This document shows, in pieces, positions 49,901 to 60,270 of a stretch of 64,000 bases of DNA. The notes below the pieces were generated by a model, which was not told the origin of the DNA, ran no database searches, and saw nothing but the letters and a program-made list of their open reading frames with translations. How positions within the stretch are numbered: position 1 is the stretch's first letter; every line of letters starts with the position of its first letter. This stretch comes from Bdellovibrionales bacterium (lineage in GTDB: Bacteria > Bdellovibrionota > Bdellovibrionia > Bdellovibrionales > JAGQZY01): positions 800,001 to 864,000 of the forward strand of contig CAXRHT010000002.1 in NCBI GenBank assembly GCA_964230645.1. Reading direction: 5' to 3'. The translations under genes were made by a program, and so were the position numbers.

Positions 49901-52900
49901 TTAGCGGATGGAAGGAAGGCTGTCGTCACCCAGGTTCACAGAAACCATTTTCGACACCCCTTTTTCTTCCATAGTGACACCATAAAGCTTTTCAGCAATT
50001 TCCATGGTGTACTTGTTGTGGGTGACCACAATAATTTGTGAACGCTTAGCCATCTCACGCACTAGATCGTTAAATCTCATAACGTTAGCATCATCAAGTG
50101 GGGCATCAACCTCGTCCAGTAGACAGTAAGGCGATGGCTTCACAAGGAAGATGGAGAAAATCAAAGACACAGCCGTAAGGGCTTTTTCTCCCCCTGAAAG
50201 CAGAGAAACGCTCTGAAGTTTCTTTCCTGGAGGTCTTGAAACAATATCAATACCCATTTCATCTTTTTCAGGATCTTCAATAAGGATGAGTTTCGCCTCT
50301 CCCCCACCGAAAAGAACTGGGAAGACTCGTTGGAAGCGGTCGTTCACAGCTTCAAAAGTTTCTTTAAAACGTTTTGAACAAATGCGATTGATTCGATCAA
50401 TCACTTTGGTGAGCTGTGATTTCGCTTCAATCAGGTCACTGTACTGCTTGCTTAAGAATTCGTAGCGATCCGCTAACTCATCGTACTCTTCAATGGCTGA
50501 AAGATTCACTTCCCCAATGCGCCCTAGTTTTTCTTTGAGACTCTTCATTCGGTTTTTCGACTCTTCTAGATCACCTTCGGACTGAGCGTAAACACTCGCC
50601 ACTTTGGGAAGTTCCTTTTGATACTTCTCTTCGATAGCAGAAATCAAGTTTTGCTCTTTCATCTTGGCTTGTTCTAAAACAAGCTGACTCTCATTCATAA
50701 TCGACTGCTGTTTGTTTTTGTCAGTCATGCGACTTGAAAGTCTTTCCTGAAGTTCAAACATGCGCGAGTTGGATTCTTCAAACTCATTGCGCATTTTAGC
50801 CAGTTCTTTTTCCTGCTCTTCGACCTTGGCAATTTTATTTTCAAGATCGACTTTCTTTTGCTCCATCTGAACCTGGCTCTCAGACATCACTTGCATATTT
50901 TTATTGGACTCTTCGTCCATGCGGCTCATTTGCTCGCGCACCTCAGCCAAAGATTTCTCAAGTCTTGCGTGCTCAGCCTGAACACCAATTAGCTCTTGCT
51001 GTTTTTTGGCACTTTCCACTTGAAGCTCTGTGACCTCATCTTGCAGACCACCAATTCCAAGTTTTTCTGTTTCAAGTGTTTGAGTAAGTTCCTCAATTCT
51101 TTCTTCCAGAGCTTCTTTTTCATCAGTCATCTCTTGGATGCGAACATTGAGTTCATTGAGCTCTTCGATCTTTGATTTTTGGCGATCAAGGACTGAGTCC
51201 ATTTCTTTTTCTTGTTTTTCAAAGGCGGTGTTGACGTTTCGAAGCTCGACTTCCGCTCTTTCAAGATCCTTTTTAAGACCAGCCACAAGAATTTCTTTTT
51301 CTGTGTTTTCTTGTTGAGCTTTTTCTAGGTTCTGCTCAACTTGCTTAACCTTGCCTTCCACCGTTTTCATGGTGGCAGTGGCAAGCGCTAGTTTTCCTGA
51401 CCATTCTTCTTTGGCTTTTTTAAGCTCATCGATTTCACGCTCACGCTTTAGCACTCCAGAAGAGGCATCCCCTTTGTATCCACCACTGAGCATTCCCTCA
51501 GGAGTGACTACGTCACCCTCTTGGGTCACAAAAGTCCACGCGGGAAACTGACCTCTCAAATCAAGGCCTGCGCGAATATTTTCAACGACTGCAACATTGT
51601 CTAATAGGTTGCCCACTACCTGTTGATGCTTCTCAGGAACTTGAATGACTTCAGTGAGGAGGTTTTTAACCCCATTCATGCTCTTAACTAAATTTGGCTC
51701 AGAACCATCGTGGGTTTCGAGCATCTGTCCGCTGGCATTGTAGAAAGTGGAGCGACCTGATTTTTGCTCTTTTAAATACTCAACCGCCTCAAGGGATTTC
51801 TCTTGATTCTCGGAGACAAGCATTTGCAGCTTTGGCCCAAGGACAGCTTCCATGGCCACTTCGTACTCTTCAGGAACACGAACGATATCAGAAACAGGAA
51901 GAAAACTTCTTCGGGCTTCTTTTTCCTCTTCGCTGAGTCCTTCAAGGCTTTCTTTCTGCCAAAACATGACAGACTTAACACCCTCTTGGAATCCTTCAAA
52001 GTTATCACGCAAGTTTTCAAGACCATAGAGTCTTGAGACAACTTCGTTGAGCTTGTCTTTAAACTCAACCACCTCTTCTTCTTTGACGGAATATTCGTTC
52101 TGGAGAGCTTCTTTTTGTTCTTTAAGAGCATCCACATCATTGAGGATTTCCATTTGAGTCTGACGCTCTCTTTCGAAGTTATCGAAAATCTTTTTGTGAT
52201 TGTCGCCAAACTCTTTTTTCTTCTCTTCAAGCTCGTCCATCACAGAGCGCACTTGATTCACTTCTCTTTCAAGATTAGAAACAGCCTCTTCGAGACTTCC
52301 AAGCTTTGAGCGCGTCTGGTTCTCAGCCCCTGTTAAAGAAAGATGCTCTCTTCTTTTATCACTGAGTTCGTTATCGCACTCATCAATAAGGACTTTTCTT
52401 TCCTCGTAATGAGATTTTTTAGACTCATACTTTTCTTTGAGGTCGCTTGCCACCTGCTCGATGTTTCCAAGCTTTTCACTCACCTCGGAGAATTCTTTTG
52501 AGAGGGTTTCCTCACGAATTTGGTTTTCTCCAATAAGGGAGCCCGTCATTTCTTTTGAACGCTTGGCCTGCTCGATTTCAAAACGCAGTTCTTGAATTTC
52601 GTTTTCTAAATTACGGACCTTGTCTTGATTTTCTTTAAGCTCCCCACGGAACTCTTCAATGGCTTTCTCACCTTCGACGGCTCCACCGCGAAGACCCGAG
52701 AGCTCGGCCTCAAGTTTTGAGACTTCAGCTTCTGTTTCAACAGACTGAGACTGAGCTTGATCAAAATTTCTTTGAGCTTCATCCGATTTTTCTTTGAGTT
52801 CCACGTACTCTTTTGAGGAAATCCAAAGTTCGATATCTTCAATCTCTTGTTTTAACTTTCTATACCTTTCTGCTCTTTGCGCCTGACGTTGCAAGCTATC

Positions 52901-53515
52901 CAATTGGCGCTTTAGCTCTCCAATAATGTCTTGCAGACGAACCAAGTTAGCGTCAGTGGCTTTTAGTTTTCTTTGGGATTCTCTTTTGCGGGCTTTAAAT
53001 TTTGTGATCCCGGCGGCCTCTTCAATAAGAACGCGTCTTTCCTCAGGCTTTGAGGTTACGATTTTACCAATCGCCCCCTGCTCGATAATACTAAAACCTT
53101 TGGAACCTGCACCCGTATCCATAAAGATTTCGTGAATATCACGAAGGCGGGCTGGTTGTTTATTGACTAGATATTCGGACTCTCCAGAACGGTGAAGTCT
53201 TCTTGTCACCATCACTTCAGAATGGTTGAGATATTTAACAGGAAAAGGACCGCCGTCGTTTTCAAGTGTAAGAGAGACCTCACACATTCCTAGAGGCGAG
53301 TAGCCCTCAGCCCCTGCAAAGATAACATCTTCCATGCTTGATCCACGCAGGTGTTTGGCTGACATCTCACCCATGACCCAAACCAAGGCATCCACAATAT
53401 TCGACTTTCCACAACCATTGGGTCCGACCACACCCGTGATCCCAGCATCAAACTGAATCACTGTGCGGTCTTTGAACGACTTAAAACCCACCAGCTCTAA
53501 CTTCTTAATTCGCAA
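49901..53515 (-). CDS. smc: Chromosome segregation protein SMC
   Basis: GFKSF, GPNGCGKSN, hinge, LSGGE, LLDEVDAPLD. Confidence 0.97.
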   Translation of the reverse strand: MRIKKLELVGFKSFKDRTVIQFDAGITGVVGPNGCGKSNIVDALVWVMGEMSAKHLRGSSMEDVIFAGAEGYSPLGMCEVSLTLENDGGPFPVKYLNHSEVMVTRRLHRSGESEYLVNKQPARLRDIHEIFMDTGAGSKGFSIIEQGAIGKIVTSKPEERRVLIEEAAGITKFKARKRESQRKLKATDANLVRLQDIIGELKRQLDSLQRQAQRAERYRKLKQEIEDIELWISSKEYVELKEKSDEAQRNFDQAQSQSVETEAEVSKLEAELSGLRGGAVEGEKAIEEFRGELKENQDKVRNLENEIQELRFEIEQAKRSKEMTGSLIGENQIREETLSKEFSEVSEKLGNIEQVASDLKEKYESKKSHYEERKVLIDECDNELSDKRREHLSLTGAENQTRSKLGSLEEAVSNLEREVNQVRSVMDELEEKKKEFGDNHKKIFDNFERERQTQMEILNDVDALKEQKEALQNEYSVKEEEVVEFKDKLNEVVSRLYGLENLRDNFEGFQEGVKSVMFWQKESLEGLSEEEKEARRSFLPVSDIVRVPEEYEVAMEAVLGPKLQMLVSENQEKSLEAVEYLKEQKSGRSTFYNASGQMLETHDGSEPNLVKSMNGVKNLLTEVIQVPEKHQQVVGNLLDNVAVVENIRAGLDLRGQFPAWTFVTQEGDVVTPEGMLSGGYKGDASSGVLKREREIDELKKAKEEWSGKLALATATMKTVEGKVKQVEQNLEKAQQENTEKEILVAGLKKDLERAEVELRNVNTAFEKQEKEMDSVLDRQKSKIEELNELNVRIQEMTDEKEALEERIEELTQTLETEKLGIGGLQDEVTELQVESAKKQQELIGVQAEHARLEKSLAEVREQMSRMDEESNKNMQVMSESQVQMEQKKVDLENKIAKVEEQEKELAKMRNEFEESNSRMFELQERLSSRMTDKNKQQSIMNESQLVLEQAKMKEQNLISAIEEKYQKELPKVASVYAQSEGDLEESKNRMKSLKEKLGRIGEVNLSAIEEYDELADRYEFLSKQYSDLIEAKSQLTKVIDRINRICSKRFKETFEAVNDRFQRVFPVLFGGGEAKLILIEDPEKDEMGIDIVSRPPGKKLQSVSLLSGGEKALTAVSLIFSIFLVKPSPYCLLDEVDAPLDDANVMRFNDLVREMAKRSQIIVVTHNKYTMEIAEKLYGVTMEEKGVSKMVSVNLGDDSLPSIR

Positions 53516-53534
53516 TGTCAGTCCCCTTGATGAT

Positions 53535-56192
53535 TTACTTTAATGCGGCTTGCGCAGCGCTCAAACGAGCGATTGGTACCCGAAAAGGCGAACAGCTGAC
53601 ATAGTCCATTCCCGCACTGGCGAAGAATTGAATGCTGGCTGGGTCCCCCCCATGTTCACCACAGATACCGACTTTTAAGTCTGGCTTGTTGCCTCGACCA
53701 AGGTCAACTCCCATTTTCACTAATTTCCCAACGCCACTCTTATCAAGCGAGACAAAGGGATCGACGCTGTAAATACCCTTAGAAACGTAAGTATTCAAAA
53801 ATCGACCGGAGTCGTCTCTTGAAAGCCCTAAGGTGGTCTGCGTCAAATCGTTGGTTCCAAAGCTAAAAAAGTCAGCAAATTCAGCGACTTCATCGGCCGT
53901 GACCGCGGCCCGTGGCAGCTCAATCATGGTTCCCACTAAGAATTTGAACTCAGTTTCAGTCTCTTGCTGAACCTTTTCTACTGTCTTAATTGTGAGTTCT
54001 CTTAATAACGAAAGCTCTTTGGCCTCACCCACAAGTGGAATCATGATCTCAGGGATCACAGTTTTGCCCTCTTTTGTGAGTTGAGCGGTAGCTTCCGCAA
54101 TGGCTCTGGCCTGCATGGCGTAAACTTCTGGATAAGTGATCGCCAAGCGACACCCTCTATGACCAAGCATGGGATTGAACTCATGAAGCACTTTGACTTT
54201 TGTTCTTAAATCACTAAAGGGAACATCCAAGCGCTGGGCGAGCTCTTTAGCCTCTTCATCATTATGGGGAAGAAACTCGTGCAGAGGTGGATCAAGAAGA
54301 CGGATGGTTACGGGGCGATCACCCATGACTTTTAGAATTCCGTAGAAATCCTCTCTTTGCATGGGAAGAAGCTTAGAAAGAGCACTTTGTCTTTCCTCAC
54401 GGTTTTCTGCCAAAATCATGCGTCTCATCCAGTCAATTCTTTCAGGCGCAAAAAACATATGCTCGGTTCGACAAAGTCCAATGCCTTCGGCTCCAAACTC
54501 AATAGCGGTTTGGGCGTCAGCCGGAGTATCGGCGTTGGTGCGAACTTTTAATTTTCTCACTTTATCAGCGATTTCCATGATGCGCTCAAAAGGTCCTTCC
54601 AATTGAGGAGGGATGGTTTTTACCTCACCAAGGAAAACCTCTCCCGTGGCACCATCAAGGGTGATGATCTCCCCTTCTTTCACCACATAGCCATTGGCGC
54701 GGAATTCTTTTTCTCTTTCGTTGACACTCACTTCTCCGCAACCGGCCACACAGCATTTTCCCATACCACGGGCCACCACAGCGGCGTGAGAGGTCATGCC
54801 TCCTCGGGAAGTTAATATTCCTTCCGCGGCCACCATACCCTCAATATCTTCAGGTGAAGTTTCAACGCGCACAAGAATCACTTTTTCGCCGCGCTCTTTC
54901 CACTCCACCGCTTCTTCACTGGTGAAAACTACCTTTCCAGAGACCCCTCCAGGACTTGCAGGGAGACCCTTGGCCATTTTTGTTCTCTCAGACTCGGGGT
55001 CTAATGTCGGATGCAGAAGCTGATCAAGACTTGAGGGTTCAATCCTAAGGATCGCTTCTTTTTCATCAATTAACTTTTCATCGATCATGTCGGTGGCAAT
55101 TCTTAAGGCCGCGCGCGCGGTCCTCTTACCGTTACGAGTTTGCAGCATCCACAGCTGATTTCTCTCGATCGTAAACTCAATATCCTGCATATCACGGTAA
55201 TGCGCTTCAAGCTTTTGATAAGTTTCTACAAGCTCCTTAAAAACTTCCGGACACTCTTCTTCAAGAGAGTTAAGACCTGTGCCTTCGGCAGACTTTTTAG
55301 TAAGAGGCTGAGGTGTACGAATTCCCGCCACCACGTCTTCCCCTTGCGCATTCATAAGATATTCGCCAAAGAAGATTTTCTCTCCGGTTGAAGGGTCTCT
55401 AGTGAAAGCCACACCCGTGCCTGAGTCCTCACCGAGGTTACCAAAAACCATAGATTGAACATTCACGGCCGTTCCCCACTCATCGGGAATGGCATTCAAA
55501 CGGCGATAGGTGATCGCACGGTCATTGTTCCAACTGGAAAACACCGCTTCAATGGCTCCCCAAAGTTGCTCCATGGGGTCCATAGGAAAAGTTTTGGCAG
55601 TGGTATCAGCAATTTGAGATTTGAACTGCTCAACAAGGGATTTTAAATCGTCGACTGTGAGGTCGGTGTCTTTCTCGTATTTTTTAGCATCTTTTAAGTC
55701 TTCAAGAGTCATCTCAAGAAGGGAGGTGTTCATCCCCATCACAACATTAGAATACATTTGAATGAAACGTCGGTAAGAGTCCCAAGCAAAACGCTCGTTA
55801 TCACTCGAGTCCGCCAGTCCCTGAACCGTTTCATCGTTAAGCCCAAGATTCAAAATAGTGTCCATCATCCCTGGCATAGAGGCTCTCGCTCCAGAACGCA
55901 CACTCACAAGCAGAGGGTTTTTAGTGTCACCAAACTTTTTACCAATTTTTTCTTCGACTCTTTTAAGAGCTTTTTCCACTTCCTCACAGACGGGCTTTGG
56001 AAGTTTTTCCCCTTGATTGTAAAACTCGTTACAAACGCCGGTTCCAATAGTAAATCCGGGAGGCACGGGAATTCCGAGATTGGTCATCTCAGCCAGGTTG
56101 GCCCCTTTTCCCCCGAGTATGTTTTTCATTTTACTGTCGCCTTCGGCTTCTCCTTGGGCGAAAAAATAAACATGCTTTTCTGAAGTGCTCAC
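53535..56192 (-). CDS. ppdK: Pyruvate, phosphate dikinase
   Basis: [36 protein letters not shown]. Confidence 0.97.
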   Translation of the reverse strand: MSTSEKHVYFFAQGEAEGDSKMKNILGGKGANLAEMTNLGIPVPPGFTIGTGVCNEFYNQGEKLPKPVCEEVEKALKRVEEKIGKKFGDTKNPLLVSVRSGARASMPGMMDTILNLGLNDETVQGLADSSDNERFAWDSYRRFIQMYSNVVMGMNTSLLEMTLEDLKDAKKYEKDTDLTVDDLKSLVEQFKSQIADTTAKTFPMDPMEQLWGAIEAVFSSWNNDRAITYRRLNAIPDEWGTAVNVQSMVFGNLGEDSGTGVAFTRDPSTGEKIFFGEYLMNAQGEDVVAGIRTPQPLTKKSAEGTGLNSLEEECPEVFKELVETYQKLEAHYRDMQDIEFTIERNQLWMLQTRNGKRTARAALRIATDMIDEKLIDEKEAILRIEPSSLDQLLHPTLDPESERTKMAKGLPASPGGVSGKVVFTSEEAVEWKERGEKVILVRVETSPEDIEGMVAAEGILTSRGGMTSHAAVVARGMGKCCVAGCGEVSVNEREKEFRANGYVVKEGEIITLDGATGEVFLGEVKTIPPQLEGPFERIMEIADKVRKLKVRTNADTPADAQTAIEFGAEGIGLCRTEHMFFAPERIDWMRRMILAENREERQSALSKLLPMQREDFYGILKVMGDRPVTIRLLDPPLHEFLPHNDEEAKELAQRLDVPFSDLRTKVKVLHEFNPMLGHRGCRLAITYPEVYAMQARAIAEATAQLTKEGKTVIPEIMIPLVGEAKELSLLRELTIKTVEKVQQETETEFKFLVGTMIELPRAAVTADEVAEFADFFSFGTNDLTQTTLGLSRDDSGRFLNTYVSKGIYSVDPFVSLDKSGVGKLVKMGVDLGRGNKPDLKVGICGEHGGDPASIQFFASAGMDYVSCSPFRVPIARLSAAQAALK

Positions 56193-56209
56193 GCTTAAAC
56201 CCTCTTTGG

Positions 56210-57541
56210 CTAATTAAACTTGTTCAATTTTTCTTTAAGATACTCAGGAAGCTTATCAATACTGATTCGATCCTGCTCCATGGTGTCACGGTGACGGACT
56301 GTAACGGCTTTATCCTCAAGTGTGTCGAAGTCCACCGTTACACAAAAAGGTGTTCCTATTTCATCCTGCCTTCGATAGCGCTTTCCAATGCTCTGTGATT
56401 CATCATATTGAACTTTGTAGTCTTCTTTTCTAAGCTCATCATCAAGCTTAAAACACACCTCTTGTAACTCTGGCTTTTTAGAAAGAGGCAGAACAGCCAC
56501 TTGCACAGGCGCTACAGAAGGGTGGAAACCAAAAACAATACGAGAGTCTTTTTTGTCATCTTTTTCTGTGATTTCTTCACGGTAGGCATCACATAAAACA
56601 GTAAGGGCCAATCGGTCACAACCAATGGCTGTTTCAATAACAAAAGGAATGTATTTTTTGTTCAATGCTTGATCAAAGTACTCAAGCTTTTTACCACTTA
56701 AGTTCTGATGCTGAGTTAAATCAAAATCCCCACGGTTGTGAATACCCTCAAGCTCTTGCCAACCGATAGGAAGATTGTACTCGTAATCCCCAGCCTCTTT
56801 TGCGTAGTGAGCCAATTCCCCTTCACCGTGTGGGTGAAAGCGGATGTTGTCCATATTAAGACCAATATCTTTATAGAACTGCAAACGGGTTTCTTTCCAC
56901 TCCTGATAAAACTCGGAGTCTTTCCCAGGCTCTACAAAATACTGCATCTCCATTTGCTCAAATTCCCGGGTTCTAAAAATAAAATTCCCCGGGGTAATTT
57001 CGTTACGAAAGGATTTCCCTATCTGTGCAATTCCAAAAGGCACCTTTAGCCTTTGAGTGGCTTGCACATTCTCAAAGTTTACAAAAATCCCCTGCGCCGT
57101 TTCAGGACGAAGATAAACCACAGAGCCCTCATCAGCCACGGGCCCCATATGGGTTTGGAACATGAGATTAAAAGATCGGGGTTCAGTGAGCTCTTTGGAT
57201 CCGCAATTAGGACACTGATCGGACTCCAAGTGATCCGCACGGTGACGAGCCTTACAGCTTTTACAATCCACCATAGGATCAGAGAAGTTATCCACATGGC
57301 CTGAAGCTTTCCACACATTGGGGTGCATTAAAATGGAAGCATCAAGCCCCACAACATCCCGACGATGAGTCATAGACTTCCACCAAAGGTCTTTGAGGTT
57401 TCTTTTAAGCTCGACTCCTAAGGGTCCGTAATCCCAACAAGAATTAAGACCTCCATAGATCTCACTGCTTTGAAAAACAAAGCCCCGTCTCTTACAAAGA
57501 GACACCAACGTCTGCATGCTATCAAGCTTCTTAATTTCCAA
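56210..57541 (-). CDS. glyQS: Glycine--tRNA ligase, alpha2 type
   Basis: [42 protein letters not shown]. Confidence 0.96.
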   Translation of the reverse strand: MEIKKLDSMQTLVSLCKRRGFVFQSSEIYGGLNSCWDYGPLGVELKRNLKDLWWKSMTHRRDVVGLDASILMHPNVWKASGHVDNFSDPMVDCKSCKARHRADHLESDQCPNCGSKELTEPRSFNLMFQTHMGPVADEGSVVYLRPETAQGIFVNFENVQATQRLKVPFGIAQIGKSFRNEITPGNFIFRTREFEQMEMQYFVEPGKDSEFYQEWKETRLQFYKDIGLNMDNIRFHPHGEGELAHYAKEAGDYEYNLPIGWQELEGIHNRGDFDLTQHQNLSGKKLEYFDQALNKKYIPFVIETAIGCDRLALTVLCDAYREEITEKDDKKDSRIVFGFHPSVAPVQVAVLPLSKKPELQEVCFKLDDELRKEDYKVQYDESQSIGKRYRRQDEIGTPFCVTVDFDTLEDKAVTVRHRDTMEQDRISIDKLPEYLKEKLNKFN

Positions 57542-57757
57542 TGATTGCTCCCAGGTTTAGAAAGGAAAAGCCCCAGAGAATGTGTAATTTTCTCCAAAAA
57601 ATCATGGCCATGAATTACCTTTCAGACCCCGGGAAGTCAATGAAACTAAGGGGCATGTAAGGCTCTACTGATTCTGTCAAATGCCTGTAAAATCAGCGCT
57701 TTTGAAGGCCTATAAAGAACCCCACCCCCTCCCAAATCACAACAGAAAATGTAAAAA

Positions 57758-57945
57758 GCCCGGCGCTGGTCTCCAAGTGAATTCAGAAGTTCGTAAAGCT
57801 TCAAGAATAGGCTCGAGCGGCGAGCGCTGCGTATCTCGTGAAGCAGCACGCAGTGATGCTCCACGGGAGACGAAGTGCACCCGTCCGCGTGCCTAGGCTT
57901 GAGGCTTTACGAACTTCTGAATTCACTTGGAGACCAGCGCCGGGC
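57758..57945 (+). repeat. Hairpin element copy 3: 55-bp inverted arms plus conserved 78-nt core
   Basis: Arms 57758-57812 / 57891-57945 (52/55 Watson-Crick). Confidence 0.92.
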
Positions 57946-58028
57946 GCCCCGAGCCCTCGTTTTCGCTCCTGGCTTTTTACAGGATGCTGGATACAGGGAC
58001 CGGTAGGCTGGATGCTGGATATTTGTAT

Positions 58029-58376
58029 TTATTTTTGGTTTTTTTCGTGGATTGCGCCGTAGGCCATCTCGAGGATTTCTTTGGATTCCTCATCGATGCG
58101 CTGGCGAGATTTAATATAGGCCATCTCGATATCGGCCATTGGGGCTCCCGCAGGGACTCCCAGGATTTCATAGGCATCCCACATATAGCCGTTATGCATA
58201 AAGTAAACATTGAGTTCTTCTTCGTCATTGATGTCCACGTCCTTTACCGGGGTGAACTTTACTTTTTTCAGATTCAAGAGAGTGGGTTTTGGTTTTTTAG
58301 ACTTACCCACCAAAAATATGAGCAAAAGGATGCCCACAACCACCGCGTTGAGAATAAAGAAACTTGAAGCACTCAT
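58029..58376 (-). CDS. Membrane-anchored degenerate J-domain-like protein
   Basis: N-terminal TM; DAYEILGVPAGA...I..AY; no HPD. Confidence 0.65.
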   Translation of the reverse strand: MSASSFFILNAVVVGILLLIFLVGKSKKPKPTLLNLKKVKFTPVKDVDINDEEELNVYFMHNGYMWDAYEILGVPAGAPMADIEMAYIKSRQRIDEESKEILEMAYGAIHEKNQK

Positions 58377-58442
58377 TAGCTTGATTGTCTCAACCAGTCT
58401 GATAAAAGGGAAGCTATTTTGTGCTTAGCGTTGGAGGAAGGC

Positions 58443-59240
58443 ATGGCTCAACAAAATCCATTTGATCAACAGCAACCCATTGAAGGTGTAAAACATATTA
58501 TTGCCGTCAGTTCTGGAAAAGGGGGCGTTGGTAAAAGTACGGTGGCCTCAAACTTAGCCGTCTCCCTTCTTCAAGCCGGAAAAAAAGTGGGACTTCTTGA
58601 TGCCGATATTTACGGTCCGAGCCAGCCGAGAATGATGGGGGCCATTAATCAGAAGCCTGAAATCACCAAAAATAACAAGATCAAACCCATTGATCGTCAT
58701 GGTGTAAAAATTATGAGTATGGGATTTTTAGTCGAAGAAGATTTGGCCGTGGCCTGGAGAGGTCCCATGCTTTTTAAAGCCATGAACCAACTCTTTCATG
58801 ATGTGGAATGGGGAGAGCTTGATTTTCTTCTTGTTGATCTTCCTCCGGGAACAGGAGATGTGCAACTTTCCATGGTTCAAAAAGTTCCTGTAGCAGGAGC
58901 CTTGACTGTTTGTACACCACAAAACATTGCGCTCGCTGATGTTAAAAAGTCCATTGATATGTTTCAACGGGTGAACGTTCCCGTTCTTGGTGTTGTTGAA
59001 AATATGTCTTACTTTATCAACCCATCAAACCCTGATGAAAAGTTAGAAGTTTTCCCTAAAGGGGAACTAAAATCCTTTCTTGATTCTAAAAATGTTCCCC
59101 ACCTCGCCGAGATCCCTCTTGTTCCGCAAGTGGCAGCCGCCAGTGAAATGGGAATTCCTTGGACCGCTCAAAAAAGTGGTGAGCTTGTCAGTGAAAACTT
59201 TCAAAAGCTTGCTGAGAGCCTGATTGAAAAGTTTAACTAA
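58443..59240 (+). CDS. mrp: Mrp/ApbC/NBP35 Fe-S carrier ATPase
   Basis: SGKGGVGKST, DADIYGPS, WRGPM, DLPPGTGD, ENMS; GGAGG RBS. Confidence 0.93.
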   Translation: MAQQNPFDQQQPIEGVKHIIAVSSGKGGVGKSTVASNLAVSLLQAGKKVGLLDADIYGPSQPRMMGAINQKPEITKNNKIKPIDRHGVKIMSMGFLVEEDLAVAWRGPMLFKAMNQLFHDVEWGELDFLLVDLPPGTGDVQLSMVQKVPVAGALTVCTPQNIALADVKKSIDMFQRVNVPVLGVVENMSYFINPSNPDEKLEVFPKGELKSFLDSKNVPHLAEIPLVPQVAAASEMGIPWTAQKSGELVSENFQKLAESLIEKFN

Positions 59241-59347
59241 CTAAAAATTAGAGGTTTTTCGTTGTTTCAAAAAGAGAATTTTTCCTTAAAAAAACTGATT
59301 GATAATAAGACAGAGCCCACTTTTTTTTAGGACCATAGTCTGACCTT

Positions 59348-59356
59348 TGCTATACT
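59348..59356 (+). promoter_or_regulatory. Extended -10 promoter (TGnTATACT) for the riboswitch transcript
   Basis: TGCTATACT about 18 nt upstream of the aptamer P1. Confidence 0.5.
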
Positions 59357-59373
59357 AATAGTTGTTCAGGACC

Positions 59374-59475
59374 TTCTTTCTTTGCCAAAGGCAACCTCAC
59401 GGAAACTTGAGTTGCGCAAAGCTACAGGGACTAAGGTACTTCGGTGCTATGTCAGCCAGCTACCAAATGAAAGAA
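59374..59475 (+). ncRNA. Cyclic-di-GMP-I (GEMM-I) riboswitch aptamer
   Basis: GGCAA..GAAA loop..CGCAAAGC..CTAAGG..CAGCCAGCTACC; P1 TTCTTTCTTTG/CAAATGAAAGAA. Confidence 0.88.
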
Positions 59476-59527
59476 ACCTTTTGGTAACCGGGTAAGGAGG
59501 AGATCATGGACATTACGCCCATTTTTT

Positions 59528-59562
59528 GCCCGCCTCCCCCCCCCAAGGCGGGCTTTTTTTTT
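59528..59562 (+). terminator. Intrinsic terminator of the riboswitch expression platform
   Basis: GCCCGCCT/AGGCGGGC followed by T9. Confidence 0.9.
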
Positions 59563-59645
59563 GCCTAAAACTCTTCAAGTGAATCCCTCTCCTTCCGTTG
59601 AGTCCAAGGTGGTCAAACAATCTCTGACAGATTACTATTAAAAAC

Positions 59646-60266
59646 ATGAATTTCTCTTGGTACCAAAGACCTTTGCGCCTCACTCTTGGCTTCCTTCTAT
59701 TATTAACACTTCCAACCTCTGGCTTATTGGCTAAGGCCTCTGAAAAAGCTTCGAAAAGTGTCCCTTCCGTTTCAGGCTTTGTTCTTTATTATCAACCACT
59801 GCTTGAATTCGATGAAAAGAACGTCAATGCTTATATTGACGCTCTTCGAGTGGAGCTGATGGAACACTCCGACCCAGTTCTTAACCGCCTTGTGACCGAC
59901 CCCAATCCTTCTCCCTACTGCAGCAAAAGAAACTTCAAGAGCTGTCTCTTTTTGATTTACCAAACCAAGGATTGTATCCCCAAAAAACAAACGCCTTCTT
60001 ATTTTTGCTTTGAAAAGGCCAAAGATTTTAAAAAGGATGCTTTCAAAGAGCCCGTTTTCAAAAGGATGGAGTGGAACCGCTGGGCTACCTCAGTAAACAA
60101 ACACTGTCTAAAGCGGCAATCAAAAACCTGTCACAGTCTGCACCGCTTAAGAAACTACTTTATGACAAAATATCAAGCGAAGATTCGGCGGGTAAAAAAG
60201 AAACGAAAAAAAGCCCTCAAAGATCCATTTTCAATCAAAAAACTAAAGAAGAAAAATCAAAAATAA
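59646..60266 (+). CDS. Secreted Cys-rich basic hypothetical protein
   Basis: Signal-like N-terminus, 6 Cys, Lys-rich tail. Confidence 0.65.
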   Translation: MNFSWYQRPLRLTLGFLLLLTLPTSGLLAKASEKASKSVPSVSGFVLYYQPLLEFDEKNVNAYIDALRVELMEHSDPVLNRLVTDPNPSPYCSKRNFKSCLFLIYQTKDCIPKKQTPSYFCFEKAKDFKKDAFKEPVFKRMEWNRWATSVNKHCLKRQSKTCHSLHRLRNYFMTKYQAKIRRVKKKRKKALKDPFSIKKLKKKNQK

Positions 60267-60270
60267 ATCC

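Noticed and set aside
57758..57945. T-box for glyQS, or 6S RNA identity for the hairpin
   Set aside because: No T-box motif; multi-copy with no large central bubble.
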